Positions 38,907-47,994 of a DNA stretch of 64,000 nt are shown here, piece by piece. Source of the stretch: Patescibacteria group bacterium (lineage in GTDB: Bacteria > Patescibacteriota > Patescibacteriia > UBA2591 > JAQUPP01). The stretch is taken from the NCBI GenBank assembly GCA_028716665.1, contig JAQUPP010000002.1:203717-267716 (forward strand), in the 5' to 3' direction. Position 1 is the first letter of the stretch, and each line of letters begins with the position of its first letter. The notes under the pieces were generated by a model that was not told the DNA's origin, did not search any database, and worked only from the letters and a program-made list of their open reading frames with translations. Both the position numbers and the translations under genes were made by a program.

Positions 38907-39139
38907 TGCTCAGCATTTTTTAAAAATTTGTATAGAAAACATTATAGAGTATCTTTTTTTAGAGATACTTTATTTTTTTTAAGAGATATAGCTTCGCATT
39001 TAAAAAATAAATAAATTCTGGGTGCGGGGTTTAAAACAAGATTTAATAAAAAAAGAAGATTATTAATAATCTTCTTTTTTATATATTTTTTAAATTACTA
39101 ACTCATTTTAGACGGCCGTCCGAAATGAGTTAGTAATTT
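38885..39139. repeat. Palindrome-rich intergenic region. Contains a 20-bp perfect inverted repeat pair (38885-38905 / 39010-39030), 'aatgctcagcatt', 'agagtatct..agatactt', a terminator hairpin at 39052-39080, and a 48-bp near-perfect palindrome at 39092-39139 with a GC core GACGGCCGTC
   Basis: All symmetry elements read directly from the sequence. Confidence 0.7.
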
Positions 39140-39315
39140 AAAAAATAGATATTTGAGGCGAGTTTCGTAATACTCGTTGCCATTCGATATTTTTTGTGGT
39201 AAAATGTTAAACATGCCCGCCCAAATTTTTTATTTATCCATATTTCTGCATAATCAAGGGGCTGGGTAGAAATTATATTAAAAAAATTATTTAAATATTA
39301 TAAATTTAGGCGGGT

Positions 39316-42315
39316 ATGCCAGAAAACGAAATTATTTCTAAAATTATAGAAGAATTGAATCCTCGGCAAAAAGAGGCTGTTACTCATGTTAACGGCCCCT
39401 TAATTATAATTGCCGGAGCAGGTACGGGAAAAACCAGAGCCATTACTTATCGCATTGCTTGGTTGATTTTAAGCGGACAAGCAAAACCGGAAGAAATTTT
39501 GGCCGTTACTTTTACTGATAAAGCCACTCAAGAAATGGAAGAACGGGTGGATAAATTATTGCCTTATGGTTATGTTGATATTTGGATTTCCACTTTTCAT
39601 TCTTTTTGCGAAAGAGTTTTGCGAGATTATGCCATAGAAATCGGCCTGCCTATTGATTTTAAATTGCTTGATACGGCCGGGCAGTGCTTTTTGGTCCAGA
39701 AAAATTTTGATCGTTTTGATTTGGATTATTATCGTCCGCTTGGCAACCCGACCAAATTTATTCGCGAACTGGTAAAACATTTCGGCCGGGCCAAAGATGA
39801 GGTTATTTCGCCGAAAGAATATTTGGAATATGCTCAAGGTTTGGAAATGGATAACGATAGATCAATGTCTGACAATTTGGTCAAAGGAGAGGCAGGCAGA
39901 ATCAAAGAAGTGGCCAATGCTTATTACACTTATCAGCAATTATTATTGGATAACGGCGCTTTGGATTTTGGCGATTTGATTAATTACACCATTGAATTAT
40001 TTTCAAAACGCCCGGAAATTTTGGAAAAATACCGCAAGAAATTCAAATATATTTTAGTGGATGAATTTCAGGACACCAATTGGGCGCAATATAAATTGCT
40101 TCAAATGCTTGCCCAACCGGAAAACCTGTCTGACCGGCAGGCAGGTAATATCACGGTCGTAACCGACGATAAACAGGCGATTTACCGATGGCGCGGCGCG
40201 GCTTATAATAACGTGTTTCAATTAAAAAAAGATTTTCCAAAATGCAAAATTGTTTTCTTGGATGAAAATTATCGTTCTCGGCAGGCGATTCTTGATTTGG
40301 CTTATAAATTTATTGAACAAAATTATCTTGAAGACAAAGATTCAGGCGTAAAATTCAAGGGCTTGTTAAGCAAAAATTTAAAATCAACCCGAAAAGGAGA
40401 AGCGGAAATCGCGCATATTCACGCCAAAACGCAGGAAGAGGAAGCAAAAGAAACAGTTAAAAAAATTATAGAACTAAGAAAATTAAACCCAAAAGCGAGT
40501 TGGAACGACTTCGCCATTTTGGTCAGAGCGAATAATCAGGCGGAAATTTTTTGCCAAACTTTGCGTTGGAATAATATTCCTTATCAATTTTTGGCCAGGA
40601 CCGGATTATTTTCAAAACCGATTGTGATGGATATTTTGGCTTATTTGAAACTTCTTGATAATTATCACGAAAGTCCGGCTGTTTACCGCATTTTAACTTC
40701 GCCGATTTTTTTTGATGAACTTCCGAATCAAGATTTGATTAATTTGACTTATTGGGCAAATCGAAAAAATTGGTCAATTTATGAAGCCATTGCCAAAGTT
40801 TCAACTGTTCCGAATATTTCACCAAAAGGAATCGAAGAATTGAATAAAGTTTTGGTCTGGATTGAGAAACACACTCAGCTGGCAAAAAAAGAAAATGCCA
40901 GCAAAGTTATTTACGCTTTTTTGGAAGACACCGGTTATTTGAAACTTTTATCCGAATCGGCCGAAAAAGGCAATGAACAAAATATTGAAAATATTTTTTG
41001 GCTGCGGCAATTTTTCAATAAAGTTAAAAATTTTGAAGAAGTCAATTTGGATAAATCAATTTCCAATTTTATCCAGATGATTGATTTGATGCTGGATGCG
41101 GGGGACACGGGTGCGGTCGCGACTGAGGCCGAAGAGAGCGGTCCGGAAACAGTCAAAGTTATGACCATTCACGCCGCCAAAGGATTGGAATTTAATTGGG
41201 TTTTTGTCGTTAACTTGGTTGATCGCCGTTTTCCAACCACCGAACGGCACGAAGCCATTGAAATACCGCCGGCTCTGATTAAAGAAATTATTCCCGAAGG
41301 CGATATTCATTTTCAGGAAGAACGGCGTTTGTTTTATGTCGCCATGACCAGAGCCAAAGACGGATTATTTTTAACTTCTGCTGAAAATTACGGCGGCAAA
41401 ACAGTTAAAAAGTTTTCCAGATTTTTACATGAATTGGGTTTGATTGATAAAAAATTTCCGCCCGAGCCGATTCCTTCTGTCAAAGATTTGCGCCAATTTT
41501 TGGCTCCGAAAGAAATAATGGTTTCATCAAAAAGTGATTATCAATTGCCGACCAAATTCAGTTTTACTCAGTTAATGGCTTTTGAAACTTGTCCGCTTCA
41601 ATATAAATTCGCTCATATTTTAAAAATTCCCAGAAAAGGAAAAGGTAGTTTGGTTTTTGGCCAAAGCATTCACAACACACTTCAGAAATTTTTACAAAAG
41701 TATCTGGAATTAAAAGATGTGAAACAGGCGGAATTGTTTGTCACGTCCGGCAAAAAGAAATCAAAAAAAGAAATAACTTTCAAAGATTTAATTCAAATTT
41801 ATAATGAATGTTGGATTGATGAATGGTATGAAGATAAAAATAATCAGGATGAATACAAAGAAAGAGGAAAAAAGATTTTGAAACTTTTCTACGATAATTT
41901 CATGAAAAATCCGCCAAAAATAAAATCATTGGAACTCCCGTTTAATTTTAAATTGGGGGAATACGCGTTGAAAGGAAAAATAGACCGAATTGACGAAGTT
42001 GAAGGCGGAATAGAAATCATTGATTATAAAACAGGCAATTTAAAAGAAAAACTGAATGCGAATGAAAAGTGGCAGCTTTTGATTTATCAATTGGCTCTTA
42101 GATCTTTATTTCGCGAACCGGCAGTGCGTTTGACTTATTACTATTTGGAAACAGGGGATAAGATTTCATTTTTAGGCGATGAAAAAGAACTTGAAGAAAT
42201 TGAGGAAAAAATCAAAAAAATTATTAAAGAAATCAAGCAAAGCGAATTCCCGCCTAAAGCTACTAAGTGCCAATGGTGCGATTTTAAAGATATCTGTGAA
42301 TACAAAGCTGTTTAA
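39316..42315 (+). CDS. UvrD/PcrA-family SF1 helicase fused to a C-terminal RecB/Cas4-like PD-(D/E)xK nuclease with Fe-S cysteines
   Basis: Walker A 'IIAGAGTGKTRAIT', 'ILVDEFQDTN', 'VMTIHAAKGLEF'. C-terminal nuclease 'DRIDEVEGGIEIIDYKTG'. Cys ligands 'ETCP...CQWCDFKDIC' (C-x2-C-x5-C). Confidence 0.85.
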   Translation: MPENEIISKIIEELNPRQKEAVTHVNGPLIIIAGAGTGKTRAITYRIAWLILSGQAKPEEILAVTFTDKATQEMEERVDKLLPYGYVDIWISTFHSFCERVLRDYAIEIGLPIDFKLLDTAGQCFLVQKNFDRFDLDYYRPLGNPTKFIRELVKHFGRAKDEVISPKEYLEYAQGLEMDNDRSMSDNLVKGEAGRIKEVANAYYTYQQLLLDNGALDFGDLINYTIELFSKRPEILEKYRKKFKYILVDEFQDTNWAQYKLLQMLAQPENLSDRQAGNITVVTDDKQAIYRWRGAAYNNVFQLKKDFPKCKIVFLDENYRSRQAILDLAYKFIEQNYLEDKDSGVKFKGLLSKNLKSTRKGEAEIAHIHAKTQEEEAKETVKKIIELRKLNPKASWNDFAILVRANNQAEIFCQTLRWNNIPYQFLARTGLFSKPIVMDILAYLKLLDNYHESPAVYRILTSPIFFDELPNQDLINLTYWANRKNWSIYEAIAKVSTVPNISPKGIEELNKVLVWIEKHTQLAKKENASKVIYAFLEDTGYLKLLSESAEKGNEQNIENIFWLRQFFNKVKNFEEVNLDKSISNFIQMIDLMLDAGDTGAVATEAEESGPETVKVMTIHAAKGLEFNWVFVVNLVDRRFPTTERHEAIEIPPALIKEIIPEGDIHFQEERRLFYVAMTRAKDGLFLTSAENYGGKTVKKFSRFLHELGLIDKKFPPEPIPSVKDLRQFLAPKEIMVSSKSDYQLPTKFSFTQLMAFETCPLQYKFAHILKIPRKGKGSLVFGQSIHNTLQKFLQKYLELKDVKQAELFVTSGKKKSKKEITFKDLIQIYNECWIDEWYEDKNNQDEYKERGKKILKLFYDNFMKNPPKIKSLELPFNFKLGEYALKGKIDRIDEVEGGIEIIDYKTGNLKEKLNANEKWQLLIYQLALRSLFREPAVRLTYYYLETGDKISFLGDEKELEEIEEKIKKIIKEIKQSEFPPKATKCQWCDFKDICEYKAV

Positions 42316-42316
42316 A

Positions 42317-42358
42317 ATAAAAAATAGGCCCTGTTTCATTACAAAACAGAAGCCTATT
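42317..42358. terminator. Bidirectional terminator hairpin between the helicase gene (+) and the small minus-strand gene
   Basis: AATAGGC-CTGTTT-cattac-AAACAG-aa-GCCTATT. Confidence 0.6.
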
Positions 42359-42368
42359 TGGGATCTCA

Positions 42369-42644
42369 TTATTCAATGGTTTCAATGTAGATAATATTGC
42401 TAAAATCAAAGTAATCTGATCCTACAAAGACTCCATATTTATCGACGGTTAATTTTCCTCTGTATTCCTTCATCTCAGGTTGAAATCCACTTTGACGTTT
42501 ATTGTCTTTATTGGATCTAAGCATTACTTCCTTCCCATCGAAAGGCTTAAGCCATTTATGTGACTTTTTTTTAAGTTGTTCGTAAAGCCGCTCGGTAAGT
42601 TTTTTTTGAAGTTTTTCAACTTCAAAGGCAAGACCTATTTTCAT
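42369..42644 (-). CDS. Hypothetical small protein (91 aa)
   Basis: ORF on the minus strand with an upstream RBS 'AAAGGAGGG'. Confidence 0.45.
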   Translation of the reverse strand: MKIGLAFEVEKLQKKLTERLYEQLKKKSHKWLKPFDGKEVMLRSNKDNKRQSGFQPEMKEYRGKLTVDKYGVFVGSDYFDFSNIIYIETIE

Positions 42645-42789
42645 TTTATTACCCTCCTTTTATTATAAATAATAGCACATTTTTTTGTTCTTGTCAAGAG
42701 ATATTGGAGTGCTATAATAATGTTATTATTTTAAATTCTATATTCTCCGCCCAAGGCGGACCAGCCTCGGGCTGGTAACTTTTAAACTT

Positions 42790-43173
42790 ATGACCCTAAA
42801 AAAATATCTCAATTTAATGACAATTCTAACCATTATTTGTTGGCTGGCTTGGGTGGCGGTAATTTTTTTTATCAATCCGAGAGGGCTGGGACTGGTTGGT
42901 TTTATTTTATTCTATTTCAGTTTATTTTTGGCTATTTTGGGCGCGGCCTCACTTCTTGGTTTTATTATCAGAACAAGATTGAATTTAAAACCGATTTTTG
43001 TTCAAGTGGAATTGGCTTTTCGCCAGGGGATTTGGCTGGGACTAGTGATTGTCTCCATGCTGATTTTGAAAGGGCTTGATCTTTTGCGTTGGTGGAATTT
43101 TTTATTTTTAGTTTTGTTCTTCGTTGTTTTGGAATTTTTCTTTTTATCTTCTCAAAGGAAATATAAGATTTAA
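42790..43173 (+). CDS. Small polytopic membrane protein
   Basis: Three to four hydrophobic helices. Confidence 0.5.
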   Translation: MTLKKYLNLMTILTIICWLAWVAVIFFINPRGLGLVGFILFYFSLFLAILGAASLLGFIIRTRLNLKPIFVQVELAFRQGIWLGLVIVSMLILKGLDLLRWWNFLFLVLFFVVLEFFFLSSQRKYKI

Positions 43174-43179
43174 AATAGT

Positions 43180-43587
43180 ATGAAGTTAATTTATAATTGG
43201 CTTAAAAAAATTTTACAGAGTTTGAAATTGACACCCAGAAAATCGGTTAAAGGATTAGAAAAAGTTATTGCCGTGAAAATCATAGATATTAAACCGCATC
43301 CAAATGCCGACCGATTAAGAATTGTCACTGTGGATACGGGCGAGCAAAAAATGGAAATAGTTTGCGGCGCGCCAAATGTGGAAATAGGCCAAATGGTTCC
43401 TTTGGCTCTTAAAGGAGCGAAATTGCCTTGCGGCATTGAAATTAAAGAAAGCGTTATTCGGGGCGTCAAATCAGAAGCAATGCTTTGCGCCAAAGACGAA
43501 TTAGGCTTGGGCCAGGATCATACCGGTATTTATATTTTGCCTCAGAAGGCGAAAATAGGCGAGAGAGTTGATAAATTTTTAAGATAA
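43180..43587 (+). CDS. Stand-alone tRNA-binding domain protein, homologous to the PheT N-terminal (B1/Myf-like) domain
   Basis: 'HPNADRLRIVTVDTGEQ..EIVCGAPNV..G..V..A..GA.LP.G.EIK...IRGV.SEAMLCAKDELGL' aligns with E. coli PheT residues 40-150 or so. Confidence 0.75.
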   Translation: MKLIYNWLKKILQSLKLTPRKSVKGLEKVIAVKIIDIKPHPNADRLRIVTVDTGEQKMEIVCGAPNVEIGQMVPLALKGAKLPCGIEIKESVIRGVKSEAMLCAKDELGLGQDHTGIYILPQKAKIGERVDKFLR

Positions 43588-43600
43588 GTAAATAAAAAAT

Positions 43601-44743
43601 ATGCAAAGAAATATTATAATAAAAAACGAAAAAGAAAATACTTTAATTGAAGAAATTAATAAAAGAAGTGATATTAAAGCCGAAAGAATTAAAAGATTAT
43701 TAAAGCTTCCGGATTTGACAAAAAAAGAAAATTCTCCTGTTAAAATTTTGGTTGATCAGATATTGAAGCTGCCCAGATTCAAAGATTTTGATTTGGTTGA
43801 TTTTCCAAGAATTGTTACGGTTAAAGATAATTTTGACCTTTTAAACACCCCAAAAGACCACCCGAGCAGAAAAGAAACAGATACTTATTATGTTACAGAT
43901 GAGTATGTTTTAAGAACGCAGATGACGGTCATGTGGTCTTTTTACTTGAAAGACCCCGAAGTTTTGAAAAAATTAGAAACAGATGGCCAAATAGAGGCTC
44001 TCTCAACAGGAATAGTTTTTCGCAAAGACGCAATTGATAGAAGCCATTATCCGGCATTTCATCAGATCGACGGATTGGGTATTTATAAAAAATCTCAAAA
44101 AATTATTACGGTGAAGGAGTTAAAGGATGTTCAAATTGATTTGGCAAAAGGTATTTTTGGTCCGGATATTGAATATAACTTTATTGTTGATTCTTTTCCT
44201 TTTACAACTCCGTCAGTTGAAATGGATATTAAATTTAACGGGGAGTGGATGGAAGTGAACGGAGCAGGCCTGGTGCATCCGCAAGTTTTAAAAAATTTTG
44301 GATTGGATCCGGAAATTTATAACGGTTGGGCTTTTGGATTTGGAGACAGACTAGCGATGATAAAAATGGGAATTCCTGATATCAGAATTTTGTGGTCAGA
44401 TGATCCGAGAATCACCAGTCAATTTAAAGACATAAACAGCAAGTTTAAAGAAGTCAGCAAATATCCCGCAACCACAAGAGATATTTCATTTGTCATTGAT
44501 AAAAATATAAATTTGAATAATTATTACGAAATTGTAAGAGATTTTGCCGAGAACTTGATTGAAGAAGTAAAATTTTTGGATAGCTACGAAAATGAAGAAA
44601 AATTCGGCAAGGATAAAAAAAGTTATACGTTCAGAATCGTGTATCGTTCACCGGAAAAAACTTTAACCAATGAGGAAATAAATAAAATACAAGATGAGAT
44701 CAGACAGAAGACTGTACAAGATTTAAACGCAGTCTTGCGCTAA
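43601..44743 (+). CDS. pheS: Phenylalanine--tRNA ligase alpha subunit fused to a C-terminal PheT-type FDX-ACB anticodon-binding domain (monomeric-type PheRS architecture)
   Basis: Motif 1 region 'HPSRKETDTYYV', motif 2 'FHQIDGLG', and motif 3 'GWAFGFGDRLAMIKMG'. The C-terminal 95 aa 'YPATTRDISFVIDKN...KSYTFRIVYRSPEKTLTNEEINKIQDEI' matches the PheT B8/FDX-ACB domain. Confidence 0.85.
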   Translation: MQRNIIIKNEKENTLIEEINKRSDIKAERIKRLLKLPDLTKKENSPVKILVDQILKLPRFKDFDLVDFPRIVTVKDNFDLLNTPKDHPSRKETDTYYVTDEYVLRTQMTVMWSFYLKDPEVLKKLETDGQIEALSTGIVFRKDAIDRSHYPAFHQIDGLGIYKKSQKIITVKELKDVQIDLAKGIFGPDIEYNFIVDSFPFTTPSVEMDIKFNGEWMEVNGAGLVHPQVLKNFGLDPEIYNGWAFGFGDRLAMIKMGIPDIRILWSDDPRITSQFKDINSKFKEVSKYPATTRDISFVIDKNINLNNYYEIVRDFAENLIEEVKFLDSYENEEKFGKDKKSYTFRIVYRSPEKTLTNEEINKIQDEIRQKTVQDLNAVLR

Positions 44744-44781
44744 TTTTTAAATTTTTAGTTTTTTAGATTTTTAAATTTATT

Positions 44782-45732
44782 ATGTACGATATAGTTACAA
44801 TTGGCGGAGCCATACGCGATATTATTTTTTACACCAACGAAGGATTAGTGGTTAATAATCCGAATCCTTTGTGTGAAAAATTAATCGCTTTTGAATTAGG
44901 GGCTAAAATCTATACTGATGAAGCATATTGGTCATGGGGCGGTGGAGCCGATAATACGGGCGTTGGCGTGGCTAAATTAGGGCTAAAAACAGCTATTATT
45001 GTCAGAGTCGGCGCTGATGGGGAAGGCGATGAGCTGGTGAAATATTTTAAAAAACAGGGCATAGAAACAAAATTTATTCAACGCGACAAAAATATCCGCA
45101 CCGGTTTTTCGCTTGTTACGACTCTGAAAAATAAAAAAGCCCACACTATTTTTGTTTATCGCGGACCGGGCGAGAATCTTAATTCTTTGCCGAAAAATAT
45201 TTCCGCAAAATGGATTTATATTTCTTCTTTAAGCGCCAAATATTGGGAAAAAATGCTGAATCAGATTTTAAAATATAAAGCGATTAAAGCCTGGAATCCT
45301 TCAATTGTTCAACTGAAGACCGGTTATTCAAAGTTGGCCAAGTTTTTGAAAAAAATTGATGTTTTGATTCTTAATGAAGACGAAGCGAGAGAATTGGTTT
45401 TATCAGCCCAAAAAACAAAAGATTTGTCAATTAAACATTTATTAAAAAGAATTTATCAGATGGGGCCGAAAATTGTCGCCATCACTGCCGGACCAAAAGG
45501 AGTTTTTGCTTATAACGGCGATAAATTTTATTCGCACAAAATCAAAAAAGCTAAAGTCATAAATACGGTTGGGGCGGGTGATGCTTTTTCTTCCGGTTTT
45601 ATTGCCGGTTTGTTTTATGACAAAAATGATATTCAAAAAGCGCTTCATTGGGGAATTATAAACAGCGCTTCAGTGATTGCCAAGGTTGGCGCTCAGGAAG
45701 GATTATTAAATAAATCTCAAATTAATAAATAA
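44782..45732 (+). CDS. PfkB-family carbohydrate kinase (ribokinase-like)
   Basis: 'NTVGAGDAFSSGFIAGL' (GAGD anion hole) and an N-terminal Gly-rich motif. Confidence 0.8.
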   Translation: MYDIVTIGGAIRDIIFYTNEGLVVNNPNPLCEKLIAFELGAKIYTDEAYWSWGGGADNTGVGVAKLGLKTAIIVRVGADGEGDELVKYFKKQGIETKFIQRDKNIRTGFSLVTTLKNKKAHTIFVYRGPGENLNSLPKNISAKWIYISSLSAKYWEKMLNQILKYKAIKAWNPSIVQLKTGYSKLAKFLKKIDVLILNEDEARELVLSAQKTKDLSIKHLLKRIYQMGPKIVAITAGPKGVFAYNGDKFYSHKIKKAKVINTVGAGDAFSSGFIAGLFYDKNDIQKALHWGIINSASVIAKVGAQEGLLNKSQINK

Positions 45733-45733
45733 T

Positions 45734-46312
45734 ATGATTATAGAAATTCCAGTTGAAGTTTCAGCCAGACATATTCATTTAAGCCGCGAACATTTGGACG
45801 CGCTTTTTGGCGTTGGTTATGAATTGAATAATTTAAAAGAACTTTCTCAAAAAGGGCAATTCGCCACCACGGAAACGATTACCATTCAAACAGAAAAAGA
45901 TAAAATTGAAAAAGTGAGAATTTTAGGTCCGGTAAGAAAACAAACCCAGGTGGAAATTTCCAAGACTGATGCAAAGAAATTGGGTATTAATCCGCCCATC
46001 AGGCACTCCGGAGATTTAAGCAGTTCTGCCGGTTGCATGTTAATCGGGCCAAAAGGCACGGTTTTATTGAAAGAAGGAATTATTATCGCATGGCGGCATA
46101 TTCACGCTACACCGAAATATATGCAAGATTATAATTTGGACAGCAGAAAATTTGTCTCGGTAAAAATCAGCACTCCTTCAAGAAGCGTTACTTTTAATCA
46201 AGTTTATCTCCATATTGACCCGAGCTTTACGCCGGTTTTATGTTTGGATACTGACGAAGCCAATGCAGCCGGAATTGAAGGACCGATTTCGGGAGAAGTT
46301 ATTTTGGATTAA
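45734..46312 (+). CDS. pduL: Phosphate acyltransferase PduL (phosphotransacetylase-type)
   Basis: 'PVEVSARHIHLSREHLDALFG', 'VRILGPVRKQTQVEISKTDA', 'GIIIAWRHIHATP', and 'LHIDPSFTPVLCLDTDEANAAG' match the two PduL repeats. Confidence 0.85.
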   Translation: MIIEIPVEVSARHIHLSREHLDALFGVGYELNNLKELSQKGQFATTETITIQTEKDKIEKVRILGPVRKQTQVEISKTDAKKLGINPPIRHSGDLSSSAGCMLIGPKGTVLLKEGIIIAWRHIHATPKYMQDYNLDSRKFVSVKISTPSRSVTFNQVYLHIDPSFTPVLCLDTDEANAAGIEGPISGEVILD

Positions 46313-46315
46313 ATT

Positions 46316-47386
46316 ATGTCTAAAAAAATCGCAATCATAATTGTTTGTTATAACGGCCGGGAATATCTCCCGGATTTGTTAAATAGTTTGAAAAATCAAA
46401 CTTTAAAACCGGCGGAAATTATTTTTGTTGATAATAATTCAAAAGATGATTCTGTTGATTATGTTCGGAAAAATTTTCCGGAAGTGATTTTAATTGAAAA
46501 TAAAAAAAACTTGGGTTTTGCCCAAGCTAATAATCAGGGGATAAAAGAAGCTTTTACCCGCCAAAGTTTTTCTTCGGAAAATTTAGGCGGGCTAGATTTT
46601 ATTTTTTTATTAAATCAGGATACGATTTGTGATAATAATTGTTTAGAAGAATTGGCCAGAGTGGCGGATAATGAAAATGCCAAAACTTTTGCTTTTCAGC
46701 CGCTTGTTCTTTGCTGGCCGGAAAAAGATAAAATTCAAACTTCCGGCGATAAATTTCATTTTTTGGGTTTTGGTTATTCCGGCGGTTACAAACTGCCAAT
46801 CGCGAATAGTCAACTGCAATCCAGGGACATTACCTACGCTTCCGGAGCGGCAATGTTTATTAATACTCAGGCCTTAAAAGAAGTTGGCTTATTGGACGAA
46901 GATTTATTTATGTATCATGAAGACCTGGATCTTTGCTTAAGAGCGCGTTTCTTGGGTTATAATATATTTCTAGCGCCTCAATCTTTGGTTTATCACAAAT
47001 ATAGAGCCGGGGTTTCACCTCATCGCTGGTATTGGTCGGAGAGAAACAGGGGATTAACTTTGCTTAAATTTTATAAACTGCCGACTTTAATTTTGATTTT
47101 TTTACCTTGGTTATTTATGGAATTGGGAGTTTTGGGTTATAGTTTAATGAGCGGCTGGTTTTCTTTGAAAATAAAAAGTTATTTCAGCGCTCTGCGTCTT
47201 ATTCCTAAAACCTTGGTTAAACGGGCAAAAGTTCAAAGAACCAGAAAAATCAGCGACCGACAATTTTCCAAATATCTGGAAGCGAAATTTAATTTTGCCG
47301 GATTTGAGCACCCATTATTGAAATATTTGGTTAATCCCATTTTCGGCTTATATTGGAAAATATTTAGAAAAATAATTTTTTGGTAG
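46316..47386 (+). CDS. Family-2 glycosyltransferase with a C-terminal membrane region
   Basis: 'IAIIIVCYNG', 'VDNNSKDDS', 'YHEDLDLC'. Confidence 0.8.
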   Translation: MSKKIAIIIVCYNGREYLPDLLNSLKNQTLKPAEIIFVDNNSKDDSVDYVRKNFPEVILIENKKNLGFAQANNQGIKEAFTRQSFSSENLGGLDFIFLLNQDTICDNNCLEELARVADNENAKTFAFQPLVLCWPEKDKIQTSGDKFHFLGFGYSGGYKLPIANSQLQSRDITYASGAAMFINTQALKEVGLLDEDLFMYHEDLDLCLRARFLGYNIFLAPQSLVYHKYRAGVSPHRWYWSERNRGLTLLKFYKLPTLILIFLPWLFMELGVLGYSLMSGWFSLKIKSYFSALRLIPKTLVKRAKVQRTRKISDRQFSKYLEAKFNFAGFEHPLLKYLVNPIFGLYWKIFRKIIFW

Positions 47387-47400
47387 AAGAGGTAAATTTA

Positions 47401-47440
47401 AAAACGGTGTATAATTTTTTATACACCGTCTTTTTTATTA
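47401..47440. terminator. Bidirectional terminator (ACGGTGTATAA-tttttt-ATACACCGT flanked by A/T runs)
   Basis: Read directly from the sequence. Sits between convergent genes. Confidence 0.7.
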
Positions 47441-47734
47441 CCATTTCATGTATGTATACTGAAATTTTATCCATCCCCAGGCTATCCCGAGGAGAGCAAG
47501 AAATAAAATCATCGCTTGCCACGCCGCGGGCATTCTATTTAGCCACTCTCTGATTTTTTTGAAAAAAGAACAAATCGATTGGAATTCTTGGATTAGAATT
47601 TTTATTGAACAGACTATTAATTCTAAAATTCCCAAGATTGCAAGGATAATAGAGAGAATAACCAGCATGACAGAATCGTATATTTTCCCGCCCAATTTTT
47701 TCATTATTTCCTCCTTTGTTATTGTCAACGCCAA
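47438..47734 (-). CDS. Small membrane protein (98 aa, 2-3 TM helices)
   Basis: Hydrophobic helices. RBS 'AGGAGGAAATAATG' identical to the neighbouring gene. Confidence 0.45.
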   Translation of the reverse strand: MALTITKEEIMKKLGGKIYDSVMLVILSIILAILGILELIVCSIKILIQEFQSICSFFKKIREWLNRMPAAWQAMILFLALLGIAWGWIKFQYTYMKW

Positions 47735-47796
47735 TATTTAATTTTAACCAAATCCAGCCAATAATTATTTTTTAAAAGTACAGAGAATATAATTAT

Positions 47797-47994
47797 TTAG
47801 CCCTCATCTCCTAAGGGTATTTTTCTTAGACATTTTTTGACGTTTTTTATTAGCAACCAAATTTTATAAATAATCATTGCCATTCCTACTATTAGCCACA
47901 TTATTGCCAAACTAGCCGGAATAAAAGGAAAGACAATAAAGATAAAAATTACTCCTACATTTGACAGCTTGGGCCATTTATATAATTTTTCCAT
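47797..47994 (-). CDS. Small membrane protein (65 aa, 2 TM helices, basic C-terminus)
   Basis: RBS 'AGGAGGAAATAATG'. The upstream minus-strand promoter at 48064-48092 (TTGACA-17-TAAAAT) has the same 'ggggTTGACAaaaaccgaaaaat' module as 17548. Confidence 0.45.
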   Translation of the reverse strand: MEKLYKWPKLSNVGVIFIFIVFPFIPASLAIMWLIVGMAMIIYKIWLLIKNVKKCLRKIPLGDEG

